Source of the DNA: an uncultured Gemmatimonadales bacterium
GTDB taxonomy: Bacteria > Gemmatimonadota > Gemmatimonadetes > Gemmatimonadales > GWC2-71-9
Assembly: GCA_963748815.1 (NCBI GenBank)
Contig: CAVVKJ010000007.1
Coordinates: forward strand, 31,173 to 95,172
Direction: 5' to 3'
DNA: 64,000 nucleotides
The number at the start of each line of letters is the position of its first letter. Position 1 is the first letter of the stretch. The notes beneath the pieces were generated by a model that worked only from the letters and a program-made list of their open reading frames with translations, was not told where the DNA came from and ran no database searches. Made by a program: the position numbers and the translations under genes. Positions 1 through 8,491 of this stretch are shown here, one piece after another.

Positions 1-453
1 GGTGTTGCCTGCGCTGCGCTGTTTCTTCGGCCTGGCGGCCGCGCCCTCCAATTCCCGGAGCGCCTGCTCCAGCCCTTCGATCCCGTCTCGGAGCGCCTCC
101 ATCTCGTCCCGCGCTCCCCGGACTGGCGGGAGGTGGTCGACCGACGCCTTGACCAGCCGGTCGACCCCTTCCTGCAGCTGCTCCACCCGGGCGTGGAGGG
201 CCGCCTCGCCGCGGCGGATCACGTCGTGGAAGAGGTCGACCGAGAGCAGCGACTTGCCCTGCTTTTCGCCGTCGAGGATGATTTGCGCCAGCACCTGCCG
301 CGTGACGTCCTCGCCGCTTCCGCTGTCCAGCACCTGCACCTCCTGGCCCTCGCGCACCCACCCCGCCACCTCGTCGAGCGAGACGTACCGGCTCTCCTCG
401 GTGTCGTAGAGTTTGCGGCTTCCGCCGCCGTAGCGCTTGACCAGTCGGACCAC
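1..453 (-). CDS. phaR: Polyhydroxyalkanoate synthesis regulator PhaR-like DNA-binding protein (3' end runs off the window)
   Basis: Absent from the ORF track. Manual translation from GTG at 453 (SD AGGAG at 461-465): MVRLVKRYGGGSRKLYDTEESRYVSLDEVAGWVREGQEVQVLDSGSGEDVTRQVLAQII, matching the PhaR N-terminal pattern IKKYxNRRLYdTxxSxYvtL...GEDiTrxvLxQII. Confidence 0.85.
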   Translation of the reverse strand, partial: MVRLVKRYGGGSRKLYDTEESRYVSLDEVAGWVREGQEVQVLDSGSGEDVTRQVLAQIILDGEKQGKSLLSVDLFHDVIRRGEAALHARVEQLQEGVDRLVKASVDHLPPVRGARDEMEALRDGIEGLEQALRELEGAAARPKKQRSAGNT

Positions 454-476
454 GTGTCGCCTCCTGAAGTGACCGG

Positions 477-528
477 AATATACCGCACTGCGGCAAAATG
501 TCAACCCCGTGTTGCCGCACCGCGGCAA
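477..528. promoter_or_regulatory. phaR sigma70 promoter with two PhaR-box-like palindromes
   Basis: Minus strand TTGACA (504-499), 16 nt, TATATT (482-477). Perfect palindrome TTGCCGC-ACC-GCGGCAA (512-528) and imperfect copy TACCGC-ACT-GCGGCAA (481-496), resembling TGC-rich PhaR operators. Confidence 0.6.
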
Positions 529-673
529 TACGCCCACTTCCTGCGGCCCCCCTGCCCCGCTGCCCCCCGGCCCCGCCCCCGAAGGACCGCTGGCGAAGTT
601 GTTGATTTCGTGATAGATAGAAGGTGTTCACCAGCCTGTTCGCGTACGGCCCAGACCCCGGAGACCTCCCCGC

Positions 674-2215
674 ATGTTCATCCCGACCCTCCTGCTCAAG
701 AAGCTCTACACCCTCGGCAGCCTGACCAACGTCGAGCAGGGCGTCCGGTTCGGCATCAAGAACCGCCTCAGCAACGTCGACATCACCGCCGTGCTGTCCG
801 TTGCGATCGACGGGGCGACGGTGCCGCTCGACCAGGTTGCCATCCACCTGCCCGGCGGCAGGATTCTCACCGCGGACACGATCGCCGGGGGCGCCCCCAT
901 CGAGTTCCCGGTCGGGATGATCCTCTCCCTGGTGGCCAAGTACCCGCCGGTCGCGGCCGGCAAGCACACCATCGCCCTGGCGGTCAAGACCAAGACCTTC
1001 GGCAAGCTCAGCTTCGACGTCGAGGACTCGATCCAGGAGGGGACCCACACCCTCGTCCGGATCCCCCGCGACGCGGAGGACGACTACAGCGATGCCGCCA
1101 TCGGGGCGCGCCAGGCCTTTCTCGAGAAGGAGACCGGCGCAAAGCTGGTCCACATCGGGAAGCACTCCTTCGACGCGCACCTGACCAAGGGGAATTGCGA
1201 GCACTTCATCGGGGTGGCGCAGGTGCCGATGGGGATCGCGGGCCCGATCACCATCAACGGCGAGCACGCGAAGGGGGACTTCCTGGTGCCGATGGCAACC
1301 TCCGAAGGCACCCTGGTCGCCTCCTACAATCGTGGCATCAAGGTGATCAACCTTTCCGGCGGCGCCCGATGCACCGTGGTCGGCGATGCGATGCAGCGCG
1401 CCCCAGTGTTCGTGTTCGAGGACGCCCGGGGCGGTCGTGAATTCGTGCAGTGGGTGGCGGAACAGATGCCGAAGATTCGCGAGGAGGCCGAGGCCACCTC
1501 CAGCGTGGCCAAGCTCCAGTACGTGGACCCCTACCAGTCGAACAAGTTCGTCTTCCTGCGGTTCAACTACAGCACCGGCGACGCCGCCGGCCAGAACATG
1601 GTGGGGCGCGCCACCTTCGCCGCGTGCAGCTGGATCCTGGACAATTACGCCGGCATCGTGCACTTCTACCTGGAATCGAACTTCGCCACCGACAAGAAGG
1701 CCTCCCAGATCAACGTCATGCGCACCCGGGGGAAGCGGGTCACCGCCGAGGTCACCGTGCCGCGCGACGTGCTGATCCAGCAGATGCGGGTGGAGCCGGA
1801 GAGCCTCGTGTACCACCATGGCGTCGCCAATGTCGGCGCCTTCATCAGCGGGGCCAACAACAACGGCGCCCATTCCGCCAACGGCATCACCGCCCTCTTC
1901 ATCGCCACCGGACAGGATGTGGCCAACGTGGCGGAATCGTCCGCCGCCATCCTGTACGCGGAGCTGACGAAGAACCGCGACATGTACCTGTCCATCACCA
2001 TTCCCTCGTTGATCATCGCCACGCACGGCGGCGGAACCGGCCTGCCGACCCAGGGGGAGTCGCTCGACATCCTTGGCTGTCGCGGGCGGGGCAAGGTCAA
2101 CAAGCTCGCCGAGATCATCGCGGGGGTCGTCCTGGCCGGGGAAATTTCGCTCGCGTCGGCGATCTCCTCCTCGGACTGGGTGTCCAGTCACGAGCAGTAC
2201 GGCCGGAACCGGTAG
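674..2215 (+). CDS. Class I-like hydroxymethylglutaryl-CoA reductase with an extra ~120 aa N-terminal beta-rich domain
   Basis: HMGR motifs CEHFIG, VPMATSEGTLVAS, TGDAAGQNMV, NFATDKK, GQDVANV, GGGTGLPTQ and C-terminal catalytic His (SSHEQYG). SD GGAG upstream. Confidence 0.85.
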   Translation: MFIPTLLLKKLYTLGSLTNVEQGVRFGIKNRLSNVDITAVLSVAIDGATVPLDQVAIHLPGGRILTADTIAGGAPIEFPVGMILSLVAKYPPVAAGKHTIALAVKTKTFGKLSFDVEDSIQEGTHTLVRIPRDAEDDYSDAAIGARQAFLEKETGAKLVHIGKHSFDAHLTKGNCEHFIGVAQVPMGIAGPITINGEHAKGDFLVPMATSEGTLVASYNRGIKVINLSGGARCTVVGDAMQRAPVFVFEDARGGREFVQWVAEQMPKIREEAEATSSVAKLQYVDPYQSNKFVFLRFNYSTGDAAGQNMVGRATFAACSWILDNYAGIVHFYLESNFATDKKASQINVMRTRGKRVTAEVTVPRDVLIQQMRVEPESLVYHHGVANVGAFISGANNNGAHSANGITALFIATGQDVANVAESSAAILYAELTKNRDMYLSITIPSLIIATHGGGTGLPTQGESLDILGCRGRGKVNKLAEIIAGVVLAGEISLASAISSSDWVSSHEQYGRNR

Positions 2216-2222
2216 CCGGTCG

Positions 2223-3239
2223 ATGCGCGCGCTCCTGCCCGAGTACGCCCGGATGCGGGAGCGCGAGCCGGTCGGCCGCGCGGTGGTGGTCTCGGTGTGG
2301 GGCTCGGCGCCCCAGGCCGAAGGCGCCGCCATGCTGGTATCGGCGAGCGGCGCCATGGCGGGATCGGTGTCGGGGGGGTGCGTCGAGACGGCGGCGGCCG
2401 AGGCGGTGCAGGCAGCGATCGCCGCCGGGGTCCCGCAGCTCATTCGCTACGGCATCAGCGACGCGCGGGCCTGGGAGGTCGGACTCTCCTGCGGAGGCAC
2501 GCTGGAGCTGCTGGTGGAACCGGAGGTCGCCGCGGAAGTGCTCGACGCCGCGGCCGGGCCGGGCGGCGTGGTCGTGGCCACGGTGCTCGATGGCCCCGCC
2601 ATCGGCCGGCGCCTCACCGTGGTCGACCCGGCGCGCGGAGACGACTCCGAGCTCGCCACCTTGGCGTTCGAAGCGCTCCGGACCGGACGCTCGCGGAAGG
2701 CGACCGTTCCGCTCGACGGACAGGACGCCACGGTCTTCCTCGAGGCGTTCTGCCGACCTCCGCGCCTCGTCGTCTTCGGCGGGGTCCACGTGGCCGCCGA
2801 ACTGGTCCCGCTGGCCCGTGCCCTCGGCTACCGGACGATGGTGGCCGACGGGCGCCCGGCGTTTCTCACGCGAGATCGATTTCCCCTCGCGGACGAACTG
2901 ATCGTCGGCTGGCCCGACGAGGCCTTCGCGCAGGCGGGCCTCGATTCCGCCACCGCGGTTGCCGTGCTGACGCACGATCCGAAATTTGACGACCCCGCGC
3001 TCCTGATCGCGCTCCGGTCCCCGGCGATGTACGTCGGCGCGATCGGATCGAGGAAGACACAAGCGGCCCGCCGCGAACGGTTGCGCGCGGCCGGACTGAC
3101 GGAAGTGGAGTTGGGGAGGCTGTTCGGGCCGATCGGGCTGGACCTGGGGGGGCGATCGCCTGCGGAAACGGCGCTGGCGATTCTCGCGGAGATCACGGCG
3201 GCCCGCTACGGCGCGGGAGTCACCCGAGGCGCGGGGTAG
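2223..3239 (+). CDS. XdhC/CoxI family molybdoenzyme maturation protein
   Basis: GSAP...GSVSGGCVE, VGLSCGG, LTHDPKFD, YVGAIGSR, PIGLDLGGRSPAETALAILAEI. ATG at 2223. Confidence 0.9.
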   Translation: MRALLPEYARMREREPVGRAVVVSVWGSAPQAEGAAMLVSASGAMAGSVSGGCVETAAAEAVQAAIAAGVPQLIRYGISDARAWEVGLSCGGTLELLVEPEVAAEVLDAAAGPGGVVVATVLDGPAIGRRLTVVDPARGDDSELATLAFEALRTGRSRKATVPLDGQDATVFLEAFCRPPRLVVFGGVHVAAELVPLARALGYRTMVADGRPAFLTRDRFPLADELIVGWPDEAFAQAGLDSATAVAVLTHDPKFDDPALLIALRSPAMYVGAIGSRKTQAARRERLRAAGLTEVELGRLFGPIGLDLGGRSPAETALAILAEITAARYGAGVTRGAG

Positions 3240-3243
3240 GACG

Positions 3244-3609
3244 TCAGCTCTGCGTAATCAGGAATTCCTTCGCCGCCTCGAGGTCGCTGAAGGCGGGGAT
3301 GCTCCGCTTGGAAAACCGCATGACCGTGGTGTAGACCACCTTCTGCAATCCTGACAGCCCCACCACCGCACCGGCGATGACGTACGGCCTGTTGTTCACG
3401 GCCAGCCGCTTGATCGCCTCCAGCACCTCGCCGTTGAACCGGCTCCCCGCCACATAGGTCAGGGTGCGGACGCTTCGGAACGGCTGCGCCTGCACCAGCC
3501 GCCCTGCGTCCTCGATGGCGGTCAGCGCCTCCTCGGTGGTCTGGACATTGGCGAAGTCCAGAAAGGCGAGCTGGACCCCCTTGTGCTCGATGAACGTCGT
3601 GCTGGCCAT
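3244..3609 (-). CDS. Small STAS/SpoIIAA-like domain protein
   Basis: 121 aa from ATG 3609. Alpha/beta pattern with AVVGLSGLQKVV and the C-terminal 'FSDLEAAKEFL' typical of SpoIIAA-like proteins. Confidence 0.6.
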   Translation of the reverse strand: MASTTFIEHKGVQLAFLDFANVQTTEEALTAIEDAGRLVQAQPFRSVRTLTYVAGSRFNGEVLEAIKRLAVNNRPYVIAGAVVGLSGLQKVVYTTVMRFSKRSIPAFSDLEAAKEFLITQS

Positions 3610-3640
3610 CACGTCTCCAGTCGGTTCATTGACTTGCCAC

Positions 3641-4093
3641 TCAGGGCAGCGCGGCGACCTTGCGAAGCTCCCGCAGCACCGCGCGCTGGGCGGCGGCGTC
3701 CCGCACCGCCACAAAGATAGTGTCGTCTCCTGCGATCGTGCCGACCACCCCGGCCCATGACAGCCGATCGAGCGCGGCACCGACGGGGCTTGCCTCGCCC
3801 GGCGGCGTTCGGAGGACGACCAGCGCGTCGCCCGCGGTCTCCACGCCGATAAGGGCCTCGGCGATCCGCCGCAGGTCGGGATCGTCCACCGGGCGCGCCA
3901 CCACCACCGGGCGACGATAGACGCCGTTCACCTTGACGAGCCGCAGCGCCGCGATATCCCGGCTCACCGACGACTGGGTGACGGACCACCCCTCCGCCGC
4001 CAGCGCCGCCGCCACCTCCTCCTGCGTGCGCAGCGCCTGGGTGCTGATCAACTCCAGAATTTTCAGGTGACGCTTCCGCCGGTCGGTGCTCAC
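3641..4093 (-). CDS. argR: Arginine repressor
   Basis: TQEEV...VTQSSVSRDI winged helix and GTIAGDDTIFV arginine-binding motif. GTG start overlaps the argH stop. Confidence 0.95.
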   Translation of the reverse strand: MSTDRRKRHLKILELISTQALRTQEEVAAALAAEGWSVTQSSVSRDIAALRLVKVNGVYRRPVVVARPVDDPDLRRIAEALIGVETAGDALVVLRTPPGEASPVGAALDRLSWAGVVGTIAGDDTIFVAVRDAAAQRAVLRELRKVAALP

Positions 4094-5489
4094 AACTTCC
4101 TCTCCGGGCCCCGTCCGGCCAGCCGCCGGAGCGCCCTCTCGAAGCGTTGCCGCTCGCGCCCGCTCCACTGGTGCCGGGCCCGGACGCGGGCGCGCGCCGC
4201 GGGGAGCCCGAGGTTGCCCAGCCCTCCGGTCGACCGGCGCCGGGCGAGCAGCTCCCGCCGGGTCGGCGCCGGGAAATGCGCACCTGCCTTCAGCTCGACC
4301 GCCACGTCGCGATAGGCGCGCCGGAAGGGCACCCCCTCCTCCACCCGTCGCATCACCTCGTCGGTGGCCAGCGCGTCACCCGCGATGGCCGCGGTACACC
4401 GGTCCGCATTCACGCCGAGCGAGGGAATGGCCACCGCCAGCATCGACAGCATCTCGCGCGTCCGCTGCAGCCCGCGAAAGAGGGGCTCCTTCAGCAGCTG
4501 GAAATCGCGATGGTACCCGCCGGTGAGGCGGGATGCCACGTGCAGCAGCGCGGCATGATCGCCGTGCACGGTGGCGGCGCGGGCACGCGTCAGTTCGAAG
4601 AGGTCGGGATTGCGTTTGTGCGGCATGATGCTGGAGCCGGTGGCGAGCCGCGCCGGGAGCTCGGAGGTAGCCGTACTCCTCCGCGCTGAAGAGGATGACG
4701 TCGGAGCTGAAGCGGGCCAGGTCGTGCCCCAGCTCTCCGCACCACGCGAGCACGGCGGCTTCGAGCTTTCCCCGTCCGAGCTGCACCGCGGCCACATTGT
4801 GTTCCACGGACCCGAACCCCAGCGCCCGCGCCGTCGCCTCCCGATCGAGCGGCAACGGGACACCATACCCTGCGGCGCTTCCGAGCGGCGATCGGTCCAC
4901 CCGCGCCCACAAGCGCGGGAAGCGACTCCAGGGTATCGAGCAACCCCTCGGCGTATGCCGCGGCCCAGAGCCCGATGGACGACGGCATCGCCTTCCGGGA
5001 ATGGGTGTACCCGGGCCAGAGCTGGTCGCGATGGCGCGCGGCAAAGGCAAGGAGCGCCTGCGCCACGTCCTCGGCGGTCTCGTGCAACTCCAGCAGCTGG
5101 TTCTTCAGGTAGAGCCGGAGGTCGCACGCCACCTGGTCGTTGCGCGACCGACCGGTATGCAGCTGCTCGCCGACGACTCCGTGCCGCCGGGTGATCCAGT
5201 CCTCCACGGCGCTGTGCGCGTCCTCATGGACGAGATCGATCACGAGCACTCCTGCCTCGACCTCCCGGAGCGCGCGGCGGAGCGCTGTCCGGAGCTTCCC
5301 GTGCGCGTTCGCCGACAGGAGCTTCGATGCGCGCAGTCCTTCCACGTGTCCCAGGCTCCCGTACACGTCCCAGGGAAGGAGGCGCATGTCCCAGAGCCGG
5401 TCCTCGCCAACCGTGTAGTCGAGCATCAGGCGATCAGGGTCGTCGGAGGGCGACCAGAGCGTTCGCGGCGACGTGCGACGAGGGGTCAT
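4090..5489 (-). CDS. argH: Argininosuccinate lyase, split over three frames (frameshifts near 4910 and 4665, probably sequencing errors)
   Basis: HTGRSRNDQV and PGYTH in one frame, SPLGSAAGYG in the second, TGSSIMPHKRNPD and GYHRDFQ in the third. Confidence 0.9.
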
Positions 5490-6565
5490 TGCAGATACTC
5501 CCCTGCAAGATCGGCATAGAACCGGCGGGCGGCGGATACCTGCCCCAAATCTACGCATTCGTCGGGGGTGTGGGAGCGCTGGCTCGTGCCCGGCCCGCAC
5601 TTCACCGCATCGAGGTGCCGCAGGAAGACCCAGTCGCTGCAGGTGGGGCTGCCGTAGCGCGAGGCCGCGGGACGAAGCGATGCGCAGGCCGCGAGCAAGC
5701 GGGACCCAGGCGGCGTTTCGCAGGGGACCAGCCGATCGGAGGTAACAATCACCTCGCCGGAGAGGGCGCTCCGAAGCCCCTCGGCGAGCTCCTCGTGCGT
5801 CCACGCCGGTGTGCTGCGGATGTCGAGGACCGCCTTGGCCGAGGGGGGCGTCACGTTCCGGCTCACGCCGGCGCTGACCATCGTCGCCGTCACGGTCGGG
5901 TGCCCGAGGATCGGGTGAGGACGACCGGTGAAGAGGGTCTCGAGCTGGAGAAGGTCGCGCGCCAGCGCCGTCAGGGCGTTGGTGAATGGACCATCCTCAT
6001 TGACCCGACCGGCGTGGCGCTGGTCGCCGTGGGCGATCAGCTCGGCCATCATCAGGCCGCGCTGGGCGACGGCGACATCGAGATCGGTGGGTTCGCCGAC
6101 AACGGCGGCGTCGATCCTCCCGGCGCGGGCCACCAGGTCGGGCATCGAGGTGTTGCGGGTCTCTTCGCCGAGGCCAAAGAGGAGCAGCAGGTCGCCTCGC
6201 GCCGGCCCTCCGCCTTCGGCAACGTCGCGCGCGGCCGTCAGCATCGCCGCGACGGAGGCCTTCGCGTCGCCGGAACCGCGTCCGAAGAGCTGGCCGCCTT
6301 CGATGACGGGGGTGAACGGGTCGCGCGTCCACCCTGACCCGGGCGGCACGACGTCGAGGTGCGACACCAGCGCAAGCGTCGGGCCGGCCCCCTTCCCGCT
6401 GAGGCGCACGGACACGCCCGCCGTATCCAGGACGACGGGGAGGCCCCAGCGACGGGCGGTTTCCTCGACGAGGCTCGCCACCGCCGCCTCCTCGCCGCTC
6501 ACGGAGGGAACGGCGACGAGTTCCCGGAGGAGCTCGACTTCAGTCGGCCAGGTCGACGCCGAGAT
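5486..6565 (-). CDS. argE: M20 family N-acyl-ornithine/citrulline deacylase (ArgE-like); start uncertain
   Basis: SHLDVVP, GRGSGDAKASV, GEET, GEPT, CSDW, SHTPDE. The frame stays open upstream of the tracked GTG through EVELLRELVAVPSVSGEE. Confidence 0.8.
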   Translation of the reverse strand: MSASTWPTEVELLRELVAVPSVSGEEAAVASLVEETARRWGLPVVLDTAGVSVRLSGKGAGPTLALVSHLDVVPPGSGWTRDPFTPVIEGGQLFGRGSGDAKASVAAMLTAARDVAEGGGPARGDLLLLFGLGEETRNTSMPDLVARAGRIDAAVVGEPTDLDVAVAQRGLMMAELIAHGDQRHAGRVNEDGPFTNALTALARDLLQLETLFTGRPHPILGHPTVTATMVSAGVSRNVTPPSAKAVLDIRSTPAWTHEELAEGLRSALSGEVIVTSDRLVPCETPPGSRLLAACASLRPAASRYGSPTCSDWVFLRHLDAVKCGPGTSQRSHTPDECVDLGQVSAARRFYADLAGEYLQ

Positions 6566-7475
6566 AGGTCGCCTTCTCCTTCCGGCCGACGATCATGGTG
6601 CCGCATCCGGCCCCGGTGAACACCTCGAGCAGGAGCGCGTCCGCCACGCGCCCGTCGATGATGTGGGTCCGCTCGACGCCGCCGGTGGCCGCGCGGATGC
6701 ACGCCTCCACCTTGGGGCGCATCCCGCCGGCCACTGCCCCGCTGGCGAGGAGTCCGGCCAGGTCGTCGGGGTCGGCGAAGGCGATGAGGCTTGACGGGTC
6801 TTCGCGGTCGCGGAGGACGCCGGGCGCCCCGGTCAGGAAGATCAGCTTCTGCGCCCGGAGCGCGACCGCGAGCGATTCCGCGACGGTATCGGCGTTGACG
6901 TTGAAGACGTTGCCGTCACCGTCCCCCGCGAGGCTCGCCACCACCGGCACGAACCGCGCGTCGAGCAGTGTGCGGAGCACGCGCGGGTCCACGCGGTCGA
7001 GGTCTCCGACGTGCCCGTAGTCCACCGTTTGGGACTTGCCATCGTCATCCACCACCTTGACGGGGGGCCGGCGGTGGGCGGTGATGAGGTCGGCGTCCAC
7101 ACCGCTCAAGCCGACCCCCTGCGCCTCGTGGGCGCGAAGCGAGGCGAGGAGGTCGACGTTGAGCTGTCCCGCATAGACCATTTTCGCCACGGCCAGCGCA
7201 TCGTCATCGGTGACCCGCCGGCCCGCCACGATCCGTGGCTCCGCACCCATCCGACGGCTGAGGGCGGTGGCCTGGGGACCGCCGCCGTGCACCACCACCA
7301 GCTGGATGCCGAGGCTGGACAGGAGCGACACCTGCGCGGCGATGCCGTCCACGGCGCGCGGATCCGCGAGGACCTCCCCGCCCAGCTTGACCACGAAGAC
7401 CTGGTCGCGATAGGCGCGCACGTACCGCAGCGCGCCCTTGAGGCCCGTGATGCCCTTCGTCGTGTCAATGCTCAC
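6540..7475 (-). CDS. argB: N-acyl(acetyl)glutamate kinase
   Basis: VVKLGG, VHGGGPQ, GRRVTD, NVNADTVA, GGMRPKV, HIIDGR, GCGTMI. Confidence 0.95.
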   Translation of the reverse strand: MSIDTTKGITGLKGALRYVRAYRDQVFVVKLGGEVLADPRAVDGIAAQVSLLSSLGIQLVVVHGGGPQATALSRRMGAEPRIVAGRRVTDDDALAVAKMVYAGQLNVDLLASLRAHEAQGVGLSGVDADLITAHRRPPVKVVDDDGKSQTVDYGHVGDLDRVDPRVLRTLLDARFVPVVASLAGDGDGNVFNVNADTVAESLAVALRAQKLIFLTGAPGVLRDREDPSSLIAFADPDDLAGLLASGAVAGGMRPKVEACIRAATGGVERTHIIDGRVADALLLEVFTGAGCGTMIVGRKEKATYLGVDLAD

Positions 7476-8491
7476 TGAGTGCTCCCGATCATCGTGAGGA
7501 GGAGCGCCCGCTGCACATGCAGCCGGTTCTCCGCCTCGTCCACCACTGCCGAGTGCGGCCCGTCGAGCACCGCGTCGTCGACCTCGACGTTTCGACGTAC
7601 CGGCAGGCAGTGCATCGCGATGCCCTTGCCGTGGCGCGTCGTGGCCATCTGCGCCGCCGTGAGCCGCCAACCACGGTGCACGTCGAACAACGCCCGCTGC
7701 GCCTCGGGCTGCCCATACATCGAGACCGGTCCCCACGACTTGGCGTAGACCGCGTCGGCGCCGGCGATGGCGGCGTCCTGGTCATGGGCCAATGACACCT
7801 TGCCTCCGCCAGCCTCGGCGCCCAACTCTCCGATGCGCCGCACGTCCTCGGGATCGAGGTCGCAGCCTTCGGGCGCGGCGATCGTGATGTCCATGCCCAG
7901 CCGCGCCGCCGCCAGGGCGGCGCTCACCGGCACCGCCGTCGGGAGCGCCTTCGGGTGCCAGGCCCAGGTCAGCACGAACTTCTTGCCGCGGGTCTCCCCG
8001 AGTTTTTCCCGGAGGGTGAACGCGTCCGCCAGTTCCTGGCAGGGATGGCGGCGCGAGGACTCGAGATTGATGACCGGCTTCTCACAGTGGCGGGCGAACT
8101 GCCGCAGGACGGTGTCCTGCCGCGCGGTGGCCCATGCACCGCCCCGGGGAAAGGAGCGGACGGCCAGCGCGTCGGCGTAGCGGCCGAGGACGCGGGCCGC
8201 TTCAGTGACATGCTCCACGGTTTCGCGGTCCATCACCACACCCTCTTCGGTCTCGAGCGCCCAGCTGCCCTTCCCAGGTTCAAGGACCACCGCGTGACCG
8301 CCATGGAGAAACATCCCGGCTTCAAAGCTGGTCCGCGTGCGCAGGCTCGGATCGAGGAAGATCATCGCCAGCACCTTCCGCTCCAGCCCACCGGAAACCT
8401 CGCCCCGCTTGATCCGGGCGGCGAGGGCGAGCAGCGCCTCGATCTCGGCAAACGACCAGTCTTCCACAGCGAGGAAGTCACGCTTGGTCAC
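7472..8491 (-). CDS. argF: N-acylornithine carbamoyltransferase (ArgF' family; SOTCase-like specificity residue)
   Basis: SLRTRTSF, HPCQ, TWAWHPKALPTAV, KSWG and HCLPVRRN are AOTCase/SOTCase signatures, not OTCase (STRT/DxxxSMG). Confidence 0.9.
   Translation of the reverse strand: MTKRDFLAVEDWSFAEIEALLALAARIKRGEVSGGLERKVLAMIFLDPSLRTRTSFEAGMFLHGGHAVVLEPGKGSWALETEEGVVMDRETVEHVTEAARVLGRYADALAVRSFPRGGAWATARQDTVLRQFARHCEKPVINLESSRRHPCQELADAFTLREKLGETRGKKFVLTWAWHPKALPTAVPVSAALAAARLGMDITIAAPEGCDLDPEDVRRIGELGAEAGGGKVSLAHDQDAAIAGADAVYAKSWGPVSMYGQPEAQRALFDVHRGWRLTAAQMATTRHGKGIAMHCLPVRRNVEVDDAVLDGPHSAVVDEAENRLHVQRALLLTMIGSTQ

Noticed and set aside
4090-5489. argH as a pseudogene or programmed frameshift
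   Set aside because: All motifs are intact, no slippery site is evident, and similar indels occur throughout the window.
7472-8491. Ordinary ornithine carbamoyltransferase
   Set aside because: It lacks the DxxxSMG ornithine loop and has ArgF'-specific motifs.
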